A DNA stretch of 64,000 bases, from contig JAUGWO010000023.1 in assembly GCA_049724395.1 (NCBI GenBank), positions 372,001-436,000 on the forward strand. The letters run 5' to 3'. Below, piece by piece: positions 42,915 to 55,200 of the stretch; position 1 is the first letter of the stretch, and each line of letters begins with the position of its first letter. Both the position numbers and the translations under genes were made by a program. The notes beneath the pieces were generated by a model that was not told where the DNA came from, ran no database searches, and saw only the letters and a list, made by a program, of their open reading frames with translations. This DNA is from Spongospora subterranea f. sp. subterranea. Its lineage: Eukaryota.

Positions 42915-45580
42915 ATGATTGAACAACAAGCGATGGAGTTTGAACAGAAACTCTCTGCAGAGAAGAACCGAGCTGCTCCCCATGATAAACACGCTCGACA
43001 AGTCAAGGGAAAGGTTAAGGTAAAGAAACGCAAAACCAGGTATCTTTCCGTTGATTGAGGGTGAATTTGGAAGGACGTCAGTGAGGAAGATCAATCTGTA
43101 TATAGCCATCAGGTAATCACTTCAATCGATCATCAATCGAATCGATGATTGAACCTATTTGGCAGGAGGAGATGGCCCAAATGATCAAAGAGATTGATGA
43201 GTTAAGGGCCATTATCAAAGAGCAACAACAGTCTATTGAACGGATCGAAGCCGATAATCTGGCGGCAACAGAAGTGGCTGAACGGTTTGGACATGAGAAA
43301 GGGCAATTGCAGGAGTGGATCAGGCAATATCAGGCGGCAGATGCAGAGCGATTAGAGACCCTGAAATCACAAATACAGAAGGAGCAATCACGTGTCGCCG
43401 ATGAGATTGAGAACGAGAGAGTTATAATGAAGGCGGCGTCTGAACGTGAAGCGATACTGAAACAAGAACTTACAATTACGCAATCGAAACTCAAAACAGC
43501 AGAAGACACAATCGCTGAAATGTCGGTAAATACGATAAGGAGTCAGGTCGATCCGACAAATACAACTGAGATGAACAAGGAGATACACTCTGGCGTTGTC
43601 TCTGAACAAATATCGAGCAGTGATTTGACCGAGATCAACAACAAGTTGAGTCGCTCTTTAGAACAGATTGAACAGCTCAAGTCTAAGCTAATTGTGTGTA
43701 AAAGTCAGAACGAGCTACAGTCAAAGGAAATGGTCGCCAATATTGAACGAGACACAAAGTTGCTGCATGAAATAACGACATTGAAAGCGATACTACATGA
43801 GACGGAGCAGCGTAATTCTGATTTGGAACATCAAACTGTTAAACGAAGCGATTTTGAACAGCAAAAACACGCTGCGATCGCTCTGGAGCAATCGCTGAAG
43901 AATGAGCTGGATCAAACCAATAACCGATTACAGCAAAATATCGTACAGCTCGAGCAAACGAGGTCTGAAAGGGATGAGATTGTTAACGATATGAGATCGC
44001 AAACAGAACAATTGGCATCGGCACGTGAAAGGGAAGATAAGTTAAGGTCCGAATTATCACATCTGGAGAAGAAATTACAGATTCATGTCGATGAAGAAGG
44101 TGAGTATAAAGTAAAGATGGCCGACGCTCGGAATACTATTGAAACCCAATCCCAGCAATTACAAGAGGCGATCGAACATGAAGATAGAATGAGGGTCAAT
44201 CTAAACGAACTCGAGCAGTCTCTGGCAGATATGAAAATGACCCTTCAAGAGGAGCAACGACTGCGTATGGAGGAAAAGACAAACTTAAACAAGATTACAA
44301 CAAGTATCACACAAATACATGAGCAGCGTGATGATCTGCAGAAGCAGTCCGAAATTGATCGTGAGAACTTAATACACTGTCAGGAACGCGATCAGGGTCA
44401 AATCCAAACAATTGCTGCTCTAGAATTGGCAGTAAAAGGTTTGAACGACGAGATCGCAACACTGAACGCTAATCATCAAACAAAGATTGAGGAATTTACT
44501 GAAGAGCGCAATCGGTATCTGGTTGAGAAGAATGAGCTACACAGATTATGGCTGATCAAGGAGCAAGATTTGGGCACGAAGTCTGACAGGTTAAAGGTCG
44601 AACTTGATCAGGCGCTCGAACAGATATCAACACATGAGATATTCAGGATGGAACAGGAGTCCAATCGAGATACCCTCAATGAGCAGATCGTATCGCTCCA
44701 AAAGGATATCAGCAGGTCGGAGGGGACGATCAGCATTCTAACAGGTGAACGAGATGAGTTCAATCGGCAACACAATGAGTTGCAACAGATTACAGCATCT
44801 GTGAGGTCATCTGAAGAATCATTAAAACAAGACCTTGCAAAACAGAAAACGATTGTCAAGAACTTTGAAGAGCGAATTGTGGACCAAGATCGGAAACTGA
44901 ATGCAATCACTGAGGAAGCAGATAAGGCAAAAGAGAAGATTGAGAAGTCGCATATCAATATCAGTGATTTGCAGAAAGAGGTTGTAGAACAGACAGGAAA
45001 GATCGCGGATTTAACAGCGAAGAGGAACAAGTACCAGGAAAAGGTCGATAACCTGAGTGTGGCAAATGAGGCGATGGCGATAGAGGTAGAACGGTTAAAA
45101 TTCGAGATGACACTTGGAGAAGATAAACTGAAAGAGCAAAGATATGAGTATGAAACCCAACAGGTTGCGATTGAATCAGGATTCGCCCAACGCCAGCAGG
45201 AACTTGGGAAGACGCTGAAATCGACCCAGGCTCAACTTCAGGAGGCGCTAACGGCTCTGCAAGAAATGCAGGCGAAGAACAGGGAATCATCAGCCAAGAT
45301 ACATGAGCTGATAAATGAAAAATACGAGATCACCAGAAAGATGACGGATCTTCAAGAATCCGTTCATCGTTATGCTGAAGCAGAAGCCCAGCGACTGCAC
45401 GATGGGGAATTGATGGAACGACGTGAGACCAATGCTCTATTGGAATCTGGTAATGGTGCTGCCGGTGGTAAAGGCAAATCATGGCCAACAAGATTCAGGA
45501 AAATAATGCCTTGCTGTGCTCCTGAGGAGCGCGAATTTAGCGTGTTCGCATCGGATCACGATAGGGATAGAACCTATTGA
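42915..45580 (+). CDS. Long coiled-coil protein (about 800+ aa) with C-terminal Cys-Cys motif; small 5' exons, start uncertain
   Basis: 811-aa E/Q/K/L-rich heptad ORF 43145-45580; upstream coiled-coil exon at about 42843-43039; tail KSWPTRFRKIMPCCAPE. Confidence 0.85.
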
Positions 45581-46050
45581 CTAAGCAGTTCCTGGTTGGG
45601 CATGTTTTAAACACGGAAATATAGTGTAAAATATGATTTTGTTTACTGCAATGGCGAGTTGGTTATACAATTGCTGGATTTGTGCAGTATATTATAGCGA
45701 TAGTTAGGGAGGGCATCACTCCATTAGATTCACTGATTGCCGTCAAATTCTTCGCAATAGGTCTCAAATGTGAAATATGTTCATCAATGTCTCAAACGCA
45801 GACTAATTTCTAAGTGCTCTGAATCACACACAGGGACCATTTATCCCTGGTACCTTGATGGATAGCACAACTTTACTGCAACAGCCGACTTTGCGTTCAG
45901 AAATGACTTAACAATTCAAGCAATTGATTCCGCCGTCACCATAATATTTGAATGCCAATATTACCAAACCTTTCGTGGGGATGTAGTAGAGTATTCCCGA
46001 TAAGTTTCAGATTTCAGACATTTTGTGTCTGGGCACTGCAGTCACTACCA

Positions 46051-46770
46051 GACTCATTAACTCAATGGGATCACCCGACTCATTAACTCAATGGGATCAT
46101 CCGACTCATTAACTCAATGGGATCACCCGACTCATTAACTCAATGGGATCACCCGACTCATTAACTCAATGGGATCACCCGACTCATTAACTCAATGGGA
46201 TCACCCGACTCATTAACTCAATGGGATCATCCGACTCATTAACTCAATGGGATCACCCGACTCATTAACTCAATGGGATCACCCGACTCATTAACTCAAT
46301 GGGATCACCCGACTCATTAACTCAATGGGATCACCCGACTCATTAACTCAATGGGATCACCCGACTCATTAACTCAATGGGATCACCCGACTCATTAACT
46401 CAATGGGATCACCCACTCCCAATGGGACTCATTAACTCAATGGGATCACCCGACTCATTAACTCAATGGGATCACCCGACTCATTAACTCAATGGGATCA
46501 CCCGACTCATTAACTCAATGGGATCACCCGACTCATTAACTCAATGGGATCACCCGACTCATTAACTCAATGGGATCACCCGACTCATTAACTCAATGGG
46601 ATCACCCGACTCATTAACTCAATGGGATCACCCGACTCATTAACTCAATGGGATCACCCGACTCATTAACTCAATGGGATCACCCGACTCATTAACTCAA
46701 TGGGATCACCCGACTCATTAACTCAATGGGATCACCCGACTCATTAACTCAATGGGATCACCCGACTCAT
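46051..46770. repeat. Minisatellite, about 27 copies of the 26-bp unit GACTCATTAACTCAATGGGATCACCC
   Basis: Near-perfect head-to-tail copies; two C>T variants and one short interruption near 46415. Confidence 0.98.
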
Positions 46771-46889
46771 GCATTAACTCATGACGAGTATTGAGGACGC
46801 GCATTGACCACAGCATATTGAAGTAAAAGACAGGAAACACTTTTTAGGAATGATGGAGAGGGTGAGAGATATAAGATATCACTGGTAAA

Positions 46890-47720
46890 TCATTGGAATA
46901 AACTGACAACGTGAAGGATTGAAATGAATTATTATCCAATGAGATCACCTTGCATAGCTACGATCAATCGCCGAAGTGGTTGATCCACCGAGGAGATATG
47001 GCCTGATAGACGGCTGACCGCGCCCCGATCGATTTTGGCCATTGCGTTCTCCATTCAGTAGGTTCAAATGACATCAGCTCTTTCACCATCCTGCACCTAA
47101 CTCCTTCCCTTTGCTGGCATACAGTGTCGTCTATCTTGGTGGATCTCTCATTAACCGTTCAACTTTTTTATTCCACCCATCATGGTCGATAATTGGCTCA
47201 GGATGATTCAATCATTCGATAACAGCAATAATATCGGCAATAAGGCCAGTGTTCCGTACATCATCAGTGATATTACTCATTCTCTCGGATCAATGATCGG
47301 AAGAATAACTGGCTTGATGGACTAAACAGGTTCAGGATTAATATTTGGGATACTCGAAGGGCTCCTCTTCCAGAGTCAATCCCTGATTGCTGTGATCCAA
47401 TGTTTGAATCATCCTGAGCGAATAATCGGCCGTACTTTAAGCGTGATTCGGAAAAGTCAATTGAACGATTAATGAGAGAACCCCCAGGTTACATGACATC
47501 TTTGAGTTAAATCTGCAGGAGATGGACGTGACAGATGTCAATTGAGCCAGCTAGATGGAAAACTCATTTGTCAAATTTGCATGGACGTCAGCCGGTGGCA
47601 TAATGAAATTTCTCCTCAAAGATACAATCTCTTCGACGATCGATTGAAGCTGTTGAGGGTGGTCCCCGTTCATCGTGAAATTTGTCGAATTTATCACATT
47701 GTCAGTTTATCACAACAATG
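46890..47720. repeat. Old imperfect inverted duplication (arms about 46890-47230 and 47385-47720)
   Basis: Reverse-complement matches include ATAAACTGACAA, GAGGAGA, CGGCTGAC, TGACATC, TCTCTCATTAA(C/T)CGTTCAA and GCTCAGGATGATTCAA in collinear order. Confidence 0.8.
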
Positions 47721-48488
47721 CGCATGGGAATGTAATTCTGAGAATGACATTTTTTGCCCATTAAACCTTAAAGTACCCTCACATTTTCGATGCAATGTCG
47801 TCTATATTGCATCATACCTGACCCATGTTGGAATCCTGAATATGTTCCGAAATGCATTACCACCACCAATATACTTAGTTGTACAGTGGATGTATGGACC
47901 AAAGAATGGCAACGTACCTTCAGCCACTGTTTATGATGATCTGGAACGGTAAATTATTCCGAACTGCGTTTGATCAAATCCCGGTCCCAAACTGTGAATA
48001 GTGCCAATACCCGCAACAGAAAAAATTGTCAGGATGCGATAGATAACCGAAAAGTGCAATCTCTGAATGAAACTACAGTATTGGTTATATCACGATAAAA
48101 ACTGCCCCCTAGAATTCGTCAACTCAACCGAGCCATTTGTCAAGCTAAACGTTTCGGCTCGTTGTTTTTTTGACAAGATGTAAGTTTGCCGCTGGTTTGC
48201 ACAGTCCAGCTGAGACCAACATATGGATTGAAAATTCAAAAAGTAGTTTGTGCGCCATCGTTTTTCGAGCCAGTCAACATTAACCAACCGGTAAAATACA
48301 TTTGAGGATAGATTCATGCAGTTTCAATACGTAGCAATACTATCTATATTTAACAAAAAGCGAGCGATCGGCCGACACGGTGCAGTGTTAGCCGATGTGA
48401 AAGTGCGTGGGAAGGGTCCGATAATTGCACCAGTTGTGCTCTGCGGCTGTTTCACGGTGACGCCATGATTTGTTATACTCTAGGGCGG

Positions 48489-49417
48489 ATGACACCAGAA
48501 TCGTTCATACAACAGTGTCAAGTGACTTGTGCCATGTATGTTGGATGGCAATGGAAACCAAGCGCGCAATTAGATATGAGCTGTGTATCCATACTCCATC
48601 AGGACATAGTCGAAGAGGACGATGAAGTTTGGATTTTAGTTTTCTTCGATGGTTTAACTCAGATTCGGTTGTGTAGATACAGATTGCTTCTGTAAATCGG
48701 TTTGATATCTTTTGGGATCCCGTTTATCATGTGCCTATTCTATATATGGATAATTTATCAGGTCAGCTATAATCTGTCCAATGCCAACATGTGTGATGTT
48801 CAAATTTTTAACTATGAGGTCTTAATGTTAATGAACTGAGTTCAAACCCAATTTAGTAATTTCATTACATCTTCTGCAACAGCGATTTTCATTGTGCGTG
48901 TACAAAGGCGGTTCAACAGTTTGACGCAGAGTTGTGTTTTTGAGGGTTTTGAGTAGTTGTTGTGATGAAAATCGATGGATTAATGTCAGAGAGTGAATCA
49001 AGTTGTGTTTTTGAGTTTTGTGAGTAGACGCTGTCTAACTTGTTATTTTGCGCCCATGTCGATGAAAGCGGTTAAACAGTTATTAGGTGAAGTGGCCGCC
49101 CTTCGACCATCTATGATATCGCAAACCGTCCATCCTCAGACAAAGCAAATATGCTATTTCGTGCACCCATGCAATACCGCCAATTTGTACAACACCATTA
49201 ACTGCGCTCGAAATCATGTCTGATGCTCGTTCGTCTCTGGCTTAGAATAGATTCAATCATATCGACGGCGCTGGAACAACATGGTTCACAATTGCTTGAT
49301 GATCATCCACAAATCTATCTCAGATGTTTCATATCAATTATGCAGTCTTACGTACATCTACCAGATGTCGTCACCCAAATTCTACAAGACAGCACACAGC
49401 TGGAATGCTCTAGATGA
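48489..49417 (+). CDS. ATG10: Autophagy E2-like conjugating enzyme ATG10, multi-exon
   Basis: FDIFWDPVYHVPILY; ISQTVHPQTKQICYFVHPCNT (catalytic HPC); C-terminal YLRCFISIMQSYVHL helix. Confidence 0.8.
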
Positions 49418-49927
49418 CCGATACAATAAATACGGCATCAAGCAGGCCCATGGACACGGTTATCATGTCGTTCAACTGCATTTTGATGCAACGCCACAAG
49501 TCGTGCATTTTTTCCTGGGGTAGGTTCATTAAGCGATGCTGGCAATATTAAACCATAATCTGGTATTTGGATGCGTTCGTACAGTATGTGGTTGAATACA
49601 GTTTCTGAACAGCTTCATTTGACATTAGATGGCAACTAGACAGAAGTCAATTTGTGAAATTGTCGCTTGAAGTGTTTAACACTGAGATCGATTGACTAGC
49701 AATCCCATGTGCAGCATGGCAGATAGCTTTGCCGCTCTTGATTCGCCGTCTAACTGGGCGATAAAACCTGTTGAGGTTTAAACCATGTGGACTAGAACTG
49801 TTTGTTGAGACCCAAGAGAATACAGGTGCTATAGACAGGTTCTCTACCGGTACAGCACTACAGCTCTTGCGGACATTCAAACTGCTGTAATCGCCCCGTG
49901 GTGGATTAATTAACATCATTATTATCA

Positions 49928-51009
49928 ATGCAAGTCTGTAGACGACTCCCTTCATTGTTATCGGCCAGGGTTTGCCCTGTCAAACGATGGTCAATTCAAC
50001 CTCGTCTGATGTCGGTGTCCATTCCAGCTGTCAGCGAGATTGCCGACACTAGTCTGACGCTATCAGTTGATGGCGCTTCAAGCGGTGGGGCTGCCGCCGA
50101 CCCCAGTCCATGGTATCACGCCGGTGCCGATGTTGTCAACACTCTATTGGAGGCGATTCACACCACAACTGGACTTCCATGGTGGGCCACCATCATAGCC
50201 GCCACGGTTGGGGTTCGCATATGCTTGGCACCCATAGCCATTCCACAGCTTCGTGCTAGCGCCCGTATGGTCATTATTAGGCCTGAGATCATGCGCCGCC
50301 AAGAGGAGTTCAAACGTATAACGGAACCAACTCAGGAACAGATCCGAAAAATGCAATTAGAAACCTTTGGTCTATTCAAAAAGTACGACGCTCATCCCTT
50401 CAAGGTACAGATGGCGTTATGTTCTTGTTTTCTTTATCTGATTCATTTATAAGTTTAGTCTATAAAATTTGCAGTGCTTCAAATGCCTGTTTTCCTGTCA
50501 TTTTTCGTGGCATTAAGAGAGTTAGGTGACCGTTTTCCTGAAGTTGCCAATGGCGGTGCATTGTGGTTCACGGATCTGTCAGTGGCGGATCCTTATCTGG
50601 CGCTACCGATTTTGTCGTCGGCGGCGTTTTTGTTGACTATGGAAATGGGAACAGGTACATTAGCATTTGGTTGCGTTGTCAACGCTGAAGTTTGTGATTG
50701 AAGAGGGAGTTGCCGTGGATAAGAGCATGAAGAAAGCTTTTCGAGCTCTTTGGGGTTTTGATGATCCCATTGACATATAGCTTCCCCCAAGGCTTGTTTC
50801 TATATTGGATTACCAACAGTATTTATGCAGTTGGCCAGGTTCGATTGTTCCGGACACCATGGGCCAGAAAGGTCTTGAATATTCCTGATCCCAATCACCC
50901 AAATGCGCTCCAGCTTCTCAACGAATCTCTTCAAAAGATTACTGTCAAAAATATTATTCCCAATCAGCCATTCAAACAATTATCAAGAGAGGAGACAAAA
51001 ATCCAATAA
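49928..51009 (+). CDS. OXA1: Mitochondrial inner-membrane insertase of the Oxa1/YidC/Alb3 family, 3 exons
   Basis: Arg/Ser-rich presequence; GLPWWATIIAATVGVR; LQMPVFLSFFVALR; GGALWFTDLSVADPYLALP; PQGLFLYWITN. Confidence 0.92.
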
Positions 51010-52259
51010 AATCAAATCATGTTTTTAAAATTTCTCCTGATTTTTTCTTGATTTTGTTGTTTTTCCTGAGATGTTGAAAGTTCCCACATATTGCTGTACA
51101 CTGGAATAAGCAAGCAGCTCACCTACCTACATTGACTGCACTCAAAGCGATTGTGCTCTCGACGTGGCTGGAAGCTGAAGACGTGTTGAAAAGAGCATGG
51201 TTGGACTGGTTGCTGTAAGAGAAAATGGCTTGAAATCAATTTCAAGACTGTCCAGTTCAGGCCTGATCCCATCAGCACGTCTTCTGCTTCCGGCCCCGTT
51301 TCGGCTTACTGTCATCCCAAATACTAACCTCCTTTGCGATCATACGGTGTGCTCCACTTCTGTCGCCACACGTCCAGATCCATCATTACGTTGTGCTCCA
51401 TTTCTGTCGCCACACGTCCATGATACATTCCGGCCCGTCTGATTGGGTTTGTCTTCCCTTTTGTTCATGATCTCCCTCAACCGGTCTCGTGGTTATTCTC
51501 TCGCGACCCCGTCCGTAATCTCCTGTCACCTCGAGCATCGTTATATCATTTTTCACAGTATTCTTTCTTTGGTTCTAATTCCCGTATCTGGTTCATCCCT
51601 GCTTTCTTCCACACAAGGCTTGGTAACTAGCAATGACCATAGTGGATTGAGCGATGAGCTTGAGCATCATGTAATGGACCTTTCTAGCTGCTCCCATCGC
51701 TACGGCCACATCTAACATAAACCATTTGTACCGGGCACCTTACATCTGGTAAAAATCTCTTCACTCATATCAGGACAGATGTTCTTAGCAACTCCACCGA
51801 CCGTTCTTGTCGATAAAATGCGGAATTGTTCTCAGGCAGCTGTCAACTCGTTTTCCAGATTCTGTTTTTGGGGCCAATGATGCTGAGGTAGCAAATGTAA
51901 TGAAAACCAGCTGGAAAAAAAATGTTTGTGTGCACTCTGGCGCGTCCTTGAACGCAGATACCCGATGGATCAGTGGGCAAAGAATGATTTGGCGCGCGTT
52001 TTGCCAAAATGTTTCTCAGAAAAACATTTCTAAACTTGTAACACCACATCTCAGTGGGCATAAACACTATGTAGCATAATAGTATAATGTCGACTTTGAA
52101 CGGCGGCGCCACAGAACAATGGAGCTAATTCATTGAAATCATTAACATTTTGCAAAGCCGCAAGGCGCTTGAAAAATATTGAACGGCAGTTGTTATTAAA
52201 TGCGCCACTCTTGACTCCATTTGTGCGCGCTTCCAAATCCAGCAAAGTTGAATCTGTTT

Positions 52260-55200
52260 ATGACAACAGTGATGCCAGATAATAATATATCAGGCAATAA
52301 ACGTCCTAGACAGGTTTCCTGCCCGATATGTACCCAAAAAGTTAGCCACTTCGCCATAAACGCCCATATCGATTCTGGTTGCGCGGATATTGCTAGTCGA
52401 TTCTGGGGTTCTCTAGGACGCAAATTGAAGTCAGAAGCATCTGCTGGTACTTCTTCAACCCTGTTATGACCTTTAGCAATATTTTACCTTTGACTCACCC
52501 TCATGCAGGTTTTCACTAACCACATTTATTGATGTTTGTCAACCTGCGAAAATTTGGATTGCACTCAAACCGTTCGTGTTGCCGATAATTTTGCTCGAGC
52601 TTCAATTACAATTTACTTCACTTACTCTCCACAGCCCTTTTTATTATCTATCAATGCACAATCCATCACTTTCCTGTTTTGTTTTATTTGTGATCATAAT
52701 GCAATTTATTCCTTATATTGAGCATTTATAGCCGAGGTTTCCAGTCAGCGGTCGCCATTTGTTGTCTGTCCGGTCTGTAATAAATCAGTGGTGCGTATCC
52801 ATATTGATGACCATCTTGATCGTGTCTGTCTTGTATCCGAAGACCCTGCCCCTCTGGCATCCACTGATTTGTCCAATCTTGCCAACGCTGCTGCGTCAGA
52901 TGAACATAAAAGTTGTATAGTAACGCATTGTTAATTTTTTGGTTGTTTGGATTTTATTTGTGGTTGTGCACAGTGCTGTCATATAGGTTCTCGCTGTCGG
53001 TTCTTTAATTGTGTCGCATTCAATGGTTTTAATTGGTGTTAACATTGGTCTTTTTTTAGTTTTTTTTAAGCTGTTATCTTCTGCATAGGTGCGGTTCTCA
53101 CTGGCAATTCCACCCCGCCGTCATTGGTGAACTGCCCAGTTTGCGATGAGTCGATTTTGTTGGTTGACCTAAACCACCATCTTGATCATGCGTGTCTCTC
53201 GCGTTCCAATGGGTTCCAAAATGCCACAACGAGTACCTGCAGATCGTCATCAGCTAAAAGTTCACCAATCAGGGTGGCTTCCTCCTGTTTTTCCGCCAAA
53301 GGTCGTACAGATTTCTTCTTCTATCATTGTCACGGTTTGCATGTAGAACTTTTTGTTCCGTGATTTAGTTGAGAGAGATGCTACTATCGGTTGTTCACCT
53401 TGGTACTCGCAGATCTCTCGAGTGTTTCTATCGTACGAATTTGCAGGATTGGCACATTGTTCAGGCAAATCACCGAATTCAAGTTGTCCTTGTTGTAAAT
53501 GTTTAGATTGTGATTCTTCTTCGTTAATCGTTTTTCGTCCTGTATGCTGTGAACTCCTTGTGAACCCCAATCTCAACCATAATCTTGATCATATAGGTCT
53601 AAGCAGCGATCTTGAGCACCAACAAGGATCCGCTTCTTCGTCCTCTGATTCCGATGATGTCCCTATTTCCAATATGCGAAAAGTCCTTTCTGCCACAGGT
53701 GCCAAAGCCTTTAGGCGCATCTCTTGAACCTATTATTACTGGGTTTTCGATTACACTGTTCGTTGTGTTTTACCTACTTTGGTATTTTTAGATTTCATAC
53801 CTTGCGCTGTGTTTGTTGCAATTTTGTCAATGTTTTCGTTTTGCTTTGCAATCAAGTTGGTCCTGTCTAGGTTTTACAATTGCTTTTTTGAATGAGTATC
53901 CTGTCGGTTGTGGAAATTTTATGTTACATCATATTTTTTTGGTTTTTCTGAATTTGAAGAGAGTTCACCGTGGGCTGTGTGGGTTTTAGTGACGCCACCT
54001 TCGACCAAATCACGAACACCGCTCCGCCCTTCGCCGTTTGTTAAATGTCCTGCCTGCGGCAAGTCAGTTGTTACAATCAACATGGACGATCACCTGGATC
54101 GTCGTTGCACAGTGTTGAACGTACGCAATATCACCGATAACGATGATCATGAAAATCAAGCCATTTCCAATGATAATACCGAAGCCGGTTCCGTGGGAAA
54201 TTTTTCGACCACGCCACGATCGCGTCTTCTGAAGCCGCCAGATGGATCGCTTCCGCAGTCACAACCTGGTAACTCGACTTCAAAAATTTCTAATCAATAT
54301 GTCAACAACTTTCGAGCGTTTAGAGTTTTGATGGCAGTCCCTTTGGAAAGCGCGCTACTACATTTTCTTTTGGGTTTCCAGTTCTATTGAGTGTCGAGTC
54401 GGTAGAGTTTATGATTGTTTTTGTTTTTTTTTTGTCAAAGTTCCATGTTTGTCTGAAGTGATATGTTAGCGTCACGAGCGTCGCCGTTTGTCTTGTGCCC
54501 TTTTTGTCAAAAGTCGGTCGTCGCCATTCACATTGATGATCACCTTGACCGCAAATGTCTGTCGCGTCACAAAGAGGTTGACTGCGATGCTGCCACCGCT
54601 GTTGGTGTCTCAAGATGAAGATGATTCAATATCATCGCATTCTTGTGATGCCGATCCAGTTATTGATCCAACAAAACCGTCGACACCATCGTTTAGCCAG
54701 CGCTCATATTGTGATGCCTTGAAGCCACAGCCAGGTAGCCAAATAGTTTTGTTTTGTTTCAATTTTGATTCCTATTGGTTATGCGGCGTATGCTTTGTTT
54801 ATTGTTCACTTTTTAATGAATGTGCCCGGACAAACGGTGCAACCTGTAGCTCCTTCTGGTTTTTTATCTGATCGTTGCTCGCCCCGGATTGTCTGCCGTT
54901 TATTTCCTGCCCCCCATGCTTACTTTTTCCGTTTTTTTTTCAGCAATAGCCTTTTCGCGAAAAGGAAAAAGACCTATCGCGTATTCGCAGGAGTGGCATT
55001 GGACCCAAGATGACTGTGGTATATGGAATCTGGATTTCCAATTACACGCGACTAACGGTCCAGCCGTAAATCGTTCTCCCAGCCCTGAAATGTCATTTTC
55101 CTGCTTTATGTTGGCCGATGATCGATCGCCTTCTCCTGTTCGGGTCGCCGTCACGTTTAACTTGTCCCGGGCTTCCGTTCGAGTCTTCGGATCATAAATT

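Noticed and set aside
46051..46770. CRISPR array (26-bp repeat with hairpin potential)
   Set aside because: Units are head-to-tail with no unique spacers, there are no cas genes, and the context is eukaryotic
51120..51830. Possible retrotransposon gag relic on the minus strand with a 29-bp direct repeat (51348-51376, 51392-51420)
   Set aside because: Many stops; no zinc knuckle, LTRs or pol motifs visible, so it cannot be supported
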